This document shows, piece by piece, positions 1 to 8,203 of a stretch of 64,000 bases of DNA. Below the pieces are notes generated by a model. That model was not told the origin of the DNA and made no database searches. It worked only from the letters and a program-made list of their open reading frames with translations. Both the position numbers and the translations under genes were made by a program. Positions within the stretch are counted from its first letter, which is position 1; each line of letters begins with the position of its first letter. This DNA is from an uncultured Pseudomonadota bacterium (GTDB lineage: Bacteria; Myxococcota_A; Polyangia; Fen-1088): NCBI GenBank assembly GCA_963847705.1, contig CAWKBC010000032.1, forward strand, positions 64,001 to 128,000, given 5' to 3'.

Positions 1-2
1 AG

Positions 3-2534
3 CTGGCGCACCAGTGGTTCGGCAACCTGGTGACGATGCAATGGTGGGACGATCTGTGGCTCAACGAGGCGTTCGCCACCTGGATGGCCTACAAGATCGT
101 CGACGACTGGCGCCCGTCCTGGCGCATCTGGATGGACTTCGAGGCGGGCAAGGGGGCGGCGCTGGCGCTCGACGCGCTGGTCTCGGCCCACCCCATACGG
201 GCCGAGATCAAGAACGCCGAAGAGGCCGGCGAGTCGTTCGACGCGATCACGTACGAGAAGGGCGGCGCGGTCCTCCGCATGCTGGAAGGGTTCCTGGGCG
301 CGGAGCGCTTTCGCGACGGGATCCGCCTCTACATGCGCCGCCACCGCGAGGCGAACGCCACCGCCGACGACCTCTGGAGCGCGCTCGAAGAGTCGTCAGG
401 GCAACCGATCCTGGCCATGGCCAACGGCTGGATTCGCCAGACCGGCTATCCCCTGGTGAGCCTGGCGCTCGAGCGCGATTCCACCGGCACCTTCGTCAAT
501 CTGCGGCAGCGCCGGTTCTTCGCCGAGCCGGGCGCCGTCGCGCGCGGGTCGGACACGCGCTGGCTGGTTCCTGTGGTGTTGCGCTTTCGCGACGCCGCCG
601 GCATCAAGGAACAGCCGGTGCTCCTGGCCGAGGAGTCGGCGCGGATTCCGCTCGCCGCCGACGGTGAGGTCGTCTGGTGCCTCGGCAACGCCGAGGCGCG
701 CGGCTTCTACCGCACCGCCTACGCCCCCGAGACGCACGCGCGCCTTCTCCCGGCGGTGAGCGAGCTGCGCCCGGCCGAGCGGGTGGCGCTGGTCTCCGAC
801 GCCTGGGCGCTGGTGCGCGCGGGCGAGGCGACGATCGAGGCCTTCCTCGAGCTGGTCGCCAGCCTGCGACACGAGACCGACCACGTCGTGCTCGACGAGC
901 TGGTCGGCAAGCTGTCGGTGATCGAACACCGTTTTCTCGCCGAGGCAGATCGGGAGAACTTCGGTGCCTTCGTCGCCGAGCTGTTCGGCGCGCAGGCCGC
1001 GGCGCTGGGGTGGGCGCCCGCCGCCGGCACCTCCGAGGACGACGAGACCCGGTTGCGTCGGGCCGTCCTGCTGCGGGCGCTCGTGCTCCTGGCGCGCGAG
1101 CCAGGCGCCGTGGCCGAGGCGGCCCGGCGGCTTCCCTCCTCCGCACAGGGCGGCGCGGCGGGAGCGAAGCTCGATCCGAACCTGCTCGACATCGTGGTGA
1201 CCGCCGCGGCGCGCGGCGCCGACGAGGCGCGCTTCGACGAGCTGCGGGCCCGCGCGCGGAGCGACGCCGATCCGGCCGCCAAGCGCCGCTACCTTCACGC
1301 GCTGGCGCGGGTGGAGTCGCCCGCGCTGACGGCCCGCACGGTGGAGATGGCGCTCGGCCCCGAGGTCCCCATGCAGGACTTCTCGTCTTACGTCGGGGTG
1401 CTGCTCGGCAACCGGGCCACGCGCGAGGCGACCTTCCGTCTGATCGGCGAGCGCTGGACCGAGATGCGGGCCAAGGCCGACTCGCCGATGATCTCGCGCC
1501 GGCTCGTGGAGTCGATGGCCACGCTCCCGGAGCGCCGCCACCTGGACGAGGTGCGGACCTTTCTGGCCACCCATCCGATCGACGGCGCCAAGCAGGCGAC
1601 GGCACAGACCCTGGAACGGATGCAAATGGACGCCGATCTGCGCGATCGCATCCTGGGCCCGGTCGGCGCCTGGCTGGCCGGCCGCGGCAAACGCAATCCG
1701 CAGGCGGGCGTGGGGCGCCCGGGCGGCCTCTTCGCGGCGGCCTTGACCGCGGCGGCGGTCTTCGTCATCGGCCAGCAGCTGATCCCCCAGCGCCCGACGC
1801 CGACGCTCCCGCCCCCGCCCGCCGTCCCCGCGCGGGCGCCTTTGCCCACCACGGCCGTCGACGCGACGGTGGCGGCTCGCCCCGACGGTCCGGTGGCCGT
1901 GGCGACCGACGCGGCTCGGCCGGCCGACGCCGCCGGGCACGCCGACGGAGAAATCGTACGCCCCGGCGACGCCGCAGCGCCCGCAGCCCTGCCCAATGCG
2001 CCAGCCGCCAGCAGAGCGGTCGACGCTTCGTCACCGGCCGGGCCGCACGCCGACCGCAAGCCAGCGGCGACCGAAAACGCCCCGGCGACGGCGGCGGGCG
2101 CCGCGACCGACAAGAACGGCGAGAAGCAGTCCGACAAGGACGTCGCGCGCGAGGCCTGGCGCAAGAATCTTCCCGACGTCAGCGTCGATGGACCGCGCGC
2201 GACGCTGCTGATTCCGCTCAAGGGATCGAGCCAGGGGGCCACCTTCCACGTGACCAACCGTCCGCACGCCGTGGTGGTCAAGCTCCCCCAGGCGGCCTCG
2301 ATGATCACCATGCGGCTCTACCGGGTCGAGCGCGAAGGGTTCCGGCTGGTGCGGATCAATCAGGCCGAAAAGGACGCCAGGCCGGAGGACGGCACCGAGC
2401 TCAAGATCAGCCTCACCGATTCCGGTGGCCCCGACGTCGAGATCAAGGACGACTACGTCCGCGTGACGGTCCGCCGCCCCAGCCAATCCTCATCGGCCCA
2501 CCCGGCGACCTCCCCGGACGCCGGCAACGACTGA
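3..2534 (+). CDS. pepN: M1-family aminopeptidase N (5'-truncated by the window edge); the ORF runs in frame into an unrelated membrane-anchored C-terminal region
   Basis: Frame from nt 3 reads LAHQWFGNLVTMQWWDDLWLNEAFATWM (end of the M1 HEXXH-18-E zinc motif), then YEKGG and an ERAP1-like helical C-domain. The peptidase part ends near nt 1690. Confidence 0.9.
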   Translation: MAHQWFGNLVTMQWWDDLWLNEAFATWMAYKIVDDWRPSWRIWMDFEAGKGAALALDALVSAHPIRAEIKNAEEAGESFDAITYEKGGAVLRMLEGFLGAERFRDGIRLYMRRHREANATADDLWSALEESSGQPILAMANGWIRQTGYPLVSLALERDSTGTFVNLRQRRFFAEPGAVARGSDTRWLVPVVLRFRDAAGIKEQPVLLAEESARIPLAADGEVVWCLGNAEARGFYRTAYAPETHARLLPAVSELRPAERVALVSDAWALVRAGEATIEAFLELVASLRHETDHVVLDELVGKLSVIEHRFLAEADRENFGAFVAELFGAQAAALGWAPAAGTSEDDETRLRRAVLLRALVLLAREPGAVAEAARRLPSSAQGGAAGAKLDPNLLDIVVTAAARGADEARFDELRARARSDADPAAKRRYLHALARVESPALTARTVEMALGPEVPMQDFSSYVGVLLGNRATREATFRLIGERWTEMRAKADSPMISRRLVESMATLPERRHLDEVRTFLATHPIDGAKQATAQTLERMQMDADLRDRILGPVGAWLAGRGKRNPQAGVGRPGGLFAAALTAAAVFVIGQQLIPQRPTPTLPPPPAVPARAPLPTTAVDATVAARPDGPVAVATDAARPADAAGHADGEIVRPGDAAAPAALPNAPAASRAVDASSPAGPHADRKPAATENAPATAAGAATDKNGEKQSDKDVAREAWRKNLPDVSVDGPRATLLIPLKGSSQGATFHVTNRPHAVVVKLPQAASMITMRLYRVEREGFRLVRINQAEKDARPEDGTELKISLTDSGGPDVEIKDDYVRVTVRRPSQSSSAHPATSPDAGND
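1710..2534 (+). CDS. Possible separate membrane-anchored protein (TM segment, Pro/Ala-rich linker, AMIN-like C-terminal domain), in frame with pepN
   Basis: In-frame GTG at 1710 preceded by AGGCGG; hydrophobic LFAAALTAAAVFVIG; P/A-rich linker; terminal beta-rich region (TFHVTNRPHAVVVKLPQA). Confidence 0.45.
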   Translation: MGRPGGLFAAALTAAAVFVIGQQLIPQRPTPTLPPPPAVPARAPLPTTAVDATVAARPDGPVAVATDAARPADAAGHADGEIVRPGDAAAPAALPNAPAASRAVDASSPAGPHADRKPAATENAPATAAGAATDKNGEKQSDKDVAREAWRKNLPDVSVDGPRATLLIPLKGSSQGATFHVTNRPHAVVVKLPQAASMITMRLYRVEREGFRLVRINQAEKDARPEDGTELKISLTDSGGPDVEIKDDYVRVTVRRPSQSSSAHPATSPDAGND

Positions 2535-2596
2535 GCGGGCCCCAGGCTTGCGACCAGGGCGCCGCGACGGCGGGCCGCCACCACGCGCCGCGACGC

Positions 2597-5221
2597 TCAC
2601 GTTGCTCCGTGGCCCTGCAGCCAGCTGTCGACCTCGGCGATGTTGGTCTTGAGCTCCGCCTCGGTGTAGCTGGCGCGCGCCTGCTCGGCGAGTGAGCGCG
2701 CGCGGAGGTGATCGCGCCCGGACTCCCAAAGAGCGCGCGCCAGCGCGAAGCGGGTCTCGCCGCGGCGCGAAGGATCGGTCTCGTGGGCCTCGCGGATCTT
2801 GAACGCGCGCTCGAGCGGAACGATGGCGTTCGCCGCATCCCCCTCGGAGAGGTAGCTGGCCCCGATTCCGGTCAACGCGTAGGCGAGGTTGCGATTGTCG
2901 AGGCCGAGCTCGCGCTCCCAGATGATCCGCGCCTTCTCGAACGACGTGCGGGCGTCGCGCGAGCGGCCGAGCGCGTTGAGGATCTCGCCCCGGTTGTTGA
3001 GCTGGGTGGCCAGATCGGGATGGCCGGCACCGAGGCCGTTCTCCAGGATCTCGATGGAGCGGTCGACGTGCTCGAGCGCCTCCTGGTTGCGGCCCAGCAT
3101 CGTCAGAACGACCGCCAGGTTCCCTTCCGAGATCCCCACGTCGGGGTGATCGCGTCCGAGCGCCCGCTCTTTGAGCGCCAGCCCCTGCTGCTGCATGCGC
3201 AGCGCCGCCTCCCGCTCGCCCCGGATCTCGAACAGCCCTCCCAGGTTGTTGGCCAGCCAGGCCTGCAAGAGAACGTGCCCCCCGAGCCGCTGCAGGATCG
3301 CGTCCGCGTACTTGGCCCACCGCTGGGCGTCGGCGTAGCGCCCCTCCTGATAGCCGACGACCCAGACCAGGTTGGTGGCGTCCTCGGCTCTGACCTCGTC
3401 GTCGCGGGAGGCGTCGGCCGCCAGATAGGAATCGACCAGCGCCCGCTCGGCCGCCGGCACGTCGTTCGACTTGCTGTACATCATCCCCATGGCGAACAGC
3501 GTCTCCGCGATGAGCGGCTGATACCCGAGCGCGCGCACCTCGTCGATCCGCCCGGGCGCGTCCTTGAGCCCCTCGTGGTACCGGCCCGAGTCGTAGAGCG
3601 CCTTGACGCCGGCCAGCTGCTGACGAAGCTCCGCCACCCGGGCCCGCGTCCTCGGATCCTCGGGCGGCCGCACGACCGACCGCAAGAGCGGGACGTCGGC
3701 GCAACGATCGAGCGATCCCAGGTTGTTGGCCGCGCTGACCGCGTTCTCGACGACCTGACCGTTCGCATCGCTGAACACGTCGGTGAGCGCGCGCAGCCCG
3801 CCGAGCCGCTCCTGCAGGCAGGTCATCCGGAGGTCGAGCACCTCCGCCGACTGCTCGCCGCGGGCGTTGGTCGCCTCGCACGCCTCGCGGTACATCTTCG
3901 CCCAGCTCTGCGAGTAGCCGGAGAGGATCCGGTTGACCGTGGCGTACACCTCGTTCGCGTAGCTCTTGCCGGTGTGGAGAAACGCCGAATGGATGGCGGC
4001 CTGCCGCGCCGGCTCGGGCTCCCCTGCCCCCGTCAGATCCCAGACACCCGCCAGGCGCGCCGGGCCGGCGCCGCAGATCGACTTGTGGTTGGCCAGGCTC
4101 TGATGCACGCCCACCGTCAGCGCCACCGGCACCAGCGCCACCGCGGCCGCCGCCAGGAACCGCCCTCGCGCCGCATTCGGGTTCTTGCCCAGCGCGTCGA
4201 TCAGGTCGTGCATCGACGGATAGCGCTCCTCCGCCTGGGCCCGCAGGCCGCGCAGCAGGACCTTGCGCACCCAGAGCGGAACCTTGGAGCTCTGCGGCCC
4301 CTCCTTCACCTGCCCCTGCACCACCGCCGTGGTCAGCGCGAACATGGTGTTTCCCGAGAACGGGCGCTCGCCGTAGAGCGCCTCGTAGAGCGCGACGCAG
4401 AAGCTGAACTGATCGGTCCGCGCGTCGGTGGCCGTCCCGAGGAACTGCTCGGGCGCCATGTACGCAGGCGTCCCCATCATCGCGCCGGTGCGGGTGAGCT
4501 GAAGCTCGAACATCCCCGAACCGGGCTGAGATTCGGTCGCCGCGGATGCCATCGCCGGATCGGTGGGCGGCGCGTTCAGCAGAATCGTCGACATCTGGTC
4601 GTCGGCGGCGGCCGAGCCCGGACCGTGCTCGGCCATCACGACGGGGGCACGCCTGGCGGGCGGCGTCCCCTCGGGCGCCGGCTTGTCGGCCACCTGGCGC
4701 GCGAGGCCGAAGTCCATGACGCGAACCTCGCCGTCGCGGCCGACCATCACGTTGTCGGGCTTGAAGTCCCGGTGCACCAGCCCCTTTTCGTGGGCGGCGG
4801 TGAGACCGCGGCCCGCCGCGCGGAACACCCGCAGGACCTCCTGCCAGCTGCGGGGCTGCGCCGCCAGCCAGTAGGTGACGGTGTTCCCCTCGACGAACTC
4901 CATCGCGATGAAGACCTGATCGCGGAACGTCCCCACGTCGTAGACCACGACGACGTTCGCGTGCGAGAGCCGGGCGATCGCCTGCGCCTCGCGCAACGTC
5001 CGCTGTCGCCCTTCGTTGAGCGAGACGCCGTTGCCAGGCTTGACCCGCAGGAGCTTGACCGCGACCTTTCGGTCCAGCTCCGGGTCGTAGGCGGCGTAGA
5101 CCTCTCCCATCCCGCCACGCCCGACCAGGCCGAGCACGACGTAGCGCCCGATCGTCGCGCCCCGCACGAGCGGCGTCGCCGGATGTTCGGCGGGGAGGTT
5201 GGGTGGGGCTTCCGTCGACAA
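2597..5221 (-). CDS. Eukaryotic-like Ser/Thr protein kinase with TM segment and C-terminal TPR repeats
   Basis: VGRGGMGEV, VAVK, HRDFKPDN, DFGLAR and GTPAYMAPE motifs; hydrophobic segment; TPR repeats (LGRDHPDVG, LGAGHPDLA). TTG start, so the exact start is uncertain. Confidence 0.93.
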   Translation of the reverse strand: MSTEAPPNLPAEHPATPLVRGATIGRYVVLGLVGRGGMGEVYAAYDPELDRKVAVKLLRVKPGNGVSLNEGRQRTLREAQAIARLSHANVVVVYDVGTFRDQVFIAMEFVEGNTVTYWLAAQPRSWQEVLRVFRAAGRGLTAAHEKGLVHRDFKPDNVMVGRDGEVRVMDFGLARQVADKPAPEGTPPARRAPVVMAEHGPGSAAADDQMSTILLNAPPTDPAMASAATESQPGSGMFELQLTRTGAMMGTPAYMAPEQFLGTATDARTDQFSFCVALYEALYGERPFSGNTMFALTTAVVQGQVKEGPQSSKVPLWVRKVLLRGLRAQAEERYPSMHDLIDALGKNPNAARGRFLAAAAVALVPVALTVGVHQSLANHKSICGAGPARLAGVWDLTGAGEPEPARQAAIHSAFLHTGKSYANEVYATVNRILSGYSQSWAKMYREACEATNARGEQSAEVLDLRMTCLQERLGGLRALTDVFSDANGQVVENAVSAANNLGSLDRCADVPLLRSVVRPPEDPRTRARVAELRQQLAGVKALYDSGRYHEGLKDAPGRIDEVRALGYQPLIAETLFAMGMMYSKSNDVPAAERALVDSYLAADASRDDEVRAEDATNLVWVVGYQEGRYADAQRWAKYADAILQRLGGHVLLQAWLANNLGGLFEIRGEREAALRMQQQGLALKERALGRDHPDVGISEGNLAVVLTMLGRNQEALEHVDRSIEILENGLGAGHPDLATQLNNRGEILNALGRSRDARTSFEKARIIWERELGLDNRNLAYALTGIGASYLSEGDAANAIVPLERAFKIREAHETDPSRRGETRFALARALWESGRDHLRARSLAEQARASYTEAELKTNIAEVDSWLQGHGAT

Positions 5222-5357
5222 TTTTCGGGCCTTCGGGCCTCCTACATCGACGGATCTCCGGTCGGATTTGAGGCCAAGATTTGAGCCCGTGCCCAGACAA
5301 TGCGACGCTACGTCTCGCCAAGGAGCCCTGCTTGATGTTACTCAAGGGTATTCGTCC

Positions 5358-5834
5358 GTGACACCGCTGCACCTCGTTCTCCCCCTCACGGTCTCGCCGG
5401 CGATCGTTTCGCCGACGCGCCGCCTCTTGGAGGCGAAGCTGGCGCCGGTGCTGGACGACGAGGACGCCGTGTTTCGGGTGGCGATGACCGCGCACGAGCT
5501 CCTGGAGAACGCGGCCAAGTACGCCTCCGACGGGAAGGCCCGTCTCGAGGTCGACGTCTCGCCGCGCGGCGAGGACGCTCTGATCCGCGTCGTCGTCACC
5601 AACAACTCGAGCCGCGAGCACATCGACCACCTGGGCACCTGCTACGCCGAGATGAACGCCGAGACCGACGCCATGGCGCACTACTTCTCGCTGATGCGCC
5701 GGAATGCCCGCGTCGGCTCCGTGTCGCGCCTGGGGCTGGCGCGGGTTCGGGCAGAGGGGGAGATGGCCATCGAGGTCGCGGTCAGCGGCGAGACCGTCAC
5801 AGTCGTGGCGTCGGGCATCGTCGTCCACCCCTGA
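5358..5834 (+). CDS. Stand-alone GHKL/HATPase-like protein (anti-sigma factor / SiaB / Slr1658-like)
   Basis: N-box HELLENAAKYA and G-box-like SRLGLARV; no HisKA domain. GTG at 5358 chosen as start; the ORF is open from 5199. Confidence 0.65.
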   Translation: MTPLHLVLPLTVSPAIVSPTRRLLEAKLAPVLDDEDAVFRVAMTAHELLENAAKYASDGKARLEVDVSPRGEDALIRVVVTNNSSREHIDHLGTCYAEMNAETDAMAHYFSLMRRNARVGSVSRLGLARVRAEGEMAIEVAVSGETVTVVASGIVVHP

Positions 5835-6005
5835 CTACATTCACCCACTTCGGGTTCCATGGGGCTCGATGGGTTCCAATGTCTCCGAATGAGGGCAACG
5901 TCGGGTACTGAGGGTGAAACTGCGCGAAAGACGCTTGTCAAATAACGACAAGCGCCGATAATAGAGGCTCGTATCCCCCCACCCCCCACGTGGAGGTCGT
6001 TTTCG

Positions 6006-7406
6006 ATGCGGTCCAAGTTGTTCCTCTGCGCCGCGCTCGTCGGCACCTGTGCTCTCGGTACCTGGTCGCCCGTTGCGCGGGCGGCCGATCCCAAAGGCAA
6101 GGAGAAGAAAGCGAAGTCGAGCGACTCGCTCAGCGATGACAAGGTCATCAGCAAGCAGATGCAGTGGGAGGACTCCGTGATGGGGCCCGACGACAAGCGG
6201 GCCGAGCTCGACAAGATTGCGCGCGCGCAGGCCATCAACAAGGCCGCCGCCGAGAAGGCGGCGAAAGAGAGAGAGAAGGCCGACGCGCAGGCTGCCAAGG
6301 AAGCCACCGCGCCGAAGCCGCAGACCAGCAAGCGCGGCGGTGACGTCGCGTTGCCGACGCTGCCCGATGAGGACTCGGGTTCGGGCAGCTCTTCGAAGTC
6401 CGGCAAGGTCTCGCCCAAGCTCGAGACGGCCGCGGCCGCCGCGCCCCCGCCGCCGGTCAAGCACGGCGACGACAAGTTCATCGACAAGCTGTTGAAGGAC
6501 GACTCCGGCAGCAAGAAGCACAAGGCCTCGGCGGCCGACGACAAGGAGCTCGACGATCTGCTGGCGGTCGAGAAGCCGAAGCCCGCGGCGAAGGGCCAGG
6601 GCCGAGCCAAGAAGGACGACGTCGACAGCCTCCTCTTGTCGGCGGACAAGGCGCCCCCGATGCCGGAGACCCACGTCAAGCACGAGACCCCCGAGTGGGC
6701 GAAGCCCGAGATCGCCTCGACCCCCGTGCAGGCGCCCATGCCGGTCCGCCCCCAGCCCAAGCGCGACGACGGAATCATCCACGTCGTCCAGGGCGCCGCG
6801 CCCGTGGGACGCACGGTTCCGGTCTCGCAGCGCACGGTTGCTCCGACGCCCGCGCGGTCCAACGCCGTCGCGACGCGCGCGCCGGCCGCAGCGGCCGGAC
6901 GACGGCAAGCCGCGCCGGGGAACTGGAACGATCCGTTCGCCGCCGGGCCGAAGAAGACCGTCGCTGCCCGGGAGACGCACCACGATGACAGCGGCGCCGA
7001 CGACCTCGACGGCGAGATCCCCGTGAACCGCCGGCAGCCTGCGGCGGCTCAGCGGCGCGGAAATCGCGACGGGGATGACGACGGCGATTCGTTCAAGAAC
7101 GCCAAGGCGACCGGCGGGAACCGCCGCGCCGCCCCGGCCGCCAAGCCGGCCAAGTGGAAGGACCCGTTCACGGAGAGCGAAGCCCCAGCGCCAGCACCGG
7201 CTCGTTCCACGGCGGTTCATTCGTCAGCACGTTCGACGTCGTCGGCTCGCCCCAGGGCGGTGCTCGCCACGCGCGAGGCCAAGGAGCCCAAGAAGGGCGA
7301 GTCGTCCAGGTGGGACGTCGCAGGACGGCACGAGGCCCCTGCCGCGTCGGACGCCCCGCGTGCCCGCAGCGGACGCTGGGGCGTTCTCAAGAAACACGCC
7401 CACTGA
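6006..7406 (+). CDS. Secreted low-complexity Lys/Asp/Ala/Pro-rich hypothetical protein
   Basis: GGAGG Shine-Dalgarno; signal peptide (MRSKLFLCAALVGTCALGTWSPVARA); mostly disordered with short motifs DKLL/DDLL/DSLL and WxDPF. Confidence 0.7.
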   Translation: MRSKLFLCAALVGTCALGTWSPVARAADPKGKEKKAKSSDSLSDDKVISKQMQWEDSVMGPDDKRAELDKIARAQAINKAAAEKAAKEREKADAQAAKEATAPKPQTSKRGGDVALPTLPDEDSGSGSSSKSGKVSPKLETAAAAAPPPPVKHGDDKFIDKLLKDDSGSKKHKASAADDKELDDLLAVEKPKPAAKGQGRAKKDDVDSLLLSADKAPPMPETHVKHETPEWAKPEIASTPVQAPMPVRPQPKRDDGIIHVVQGAAPVGRTVPVSQRTVAPTPARSNAVATRAPAAAAGRRQAAPGNWNDPFAAGPKKTVAARETHHDDSGADDLDGEIPVNRRQPAAAQRRGNRDGDDDGDSFKNAKATGGNRRAAPAAKPAKWKDPFTESEAPAPAPARSTAVHSSARSTSSARPRAVLATREAKEPKKGESSRWDVAGRHEAPAASDAPRARSGRWGVLKKHAH

Positions 7407-7525
7407 GCGGGCGGGCCGGCCTCGCCCGGTAGGCCCGGTTGCGATCGAGGGGCGGTCTCGCGGACGACGGGTACTTTCTAGCTCATCCGTTTTCGGATAA
7501 AGTTTCCGGCATCGCCTTTTCGGAG

Positions 7526-8203
7526 ATGCCCTTGTCGTCGAAGCGCTGGTCGAGCCCGTGGTCGAGATGGGTTGTCTGGGTTCCGGCAACTCTTCTTCTG
7601 CTGGCGTCGGCGACGGCGGTCGCTGCGGATGACGCCAAGGCCCACTACCAGAAGGCAACGGCGCACTTCGCGGTCGGCGAATATCACGACGCCGCACTCG
7701 AATACGAGGAAGCGTTCAAGCTGAAGCAGGATCCGGCCATCCTGTTCAACGCCGCGCAGTCGTTCCGGCTCGCCGGCGAAAACCAGCAGGCGCTGTTGCT
7801 CTACAACAACATCATCAAGCTCTACCCGAGCACGCAGTACGCCCGGGACTCCAGGGAGCGGATCGAAAAGCTGGCGCAGGCGACGACGGCTCCCCCGCCG
7901 GCCCACGCACCGCCTCCGCCGACAGCAGCGCCACCACCCGTAACGCCAATTCCGCCCCCGGCTCCCCTGGTCGCCGCACCGCCGATGGCGCCCGCGCCGG
8001 TCACGTCGGGCACAGCGGTGATCGTTTCGTCGCCGCCACCCCCGAGCGCGGCTGAAAGCCATCCGATCTACACCCGCTGGTGGTTCTGGACGGCCGCCGC
8101 CGTCGTGGTCGCCGGAGGGGTGATCGCGGCTGTCGCCCTCTCATCCGGTGGGGGCTCCTGGAACAACCTCGATCCCGTCAGGGCGGGCCTGGTGCTCAGA
8201 TGA
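7526..8203 (+). CDS. TPR protein with signal peptide, Pro-rich linker and C-terminal hydrophobic segment
   Basis: AKAHYQKATAHFAVGEYHDAALEYEEAF and LFNAAQSFR TPR helices; C-terminal YTRWWFWTAAAVVVAGGVIAAVAL. Start uncertain (ORF open from 7439). Confidence 0.8.
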   Translation: MPLSSKRWSSPWSRWVVWVPATLLLLASATAVAADDAKAHYQKATAHFAVGEYHDAALEYEEAFKLKQDPAILFNAAQSFRLAGENQQALLLYNNIIKLYPSTQYARDSRERIEKLAQATTAPPPAHAPPPPTAAPPPVTPIPPPAPLVAAPPMAPAPVTSGTAVIVSSPPPPSAAESHPIYTRWWFWTAAAVVVAGGVIAAVALSSGGGSWNNLDPVRAGLVLR

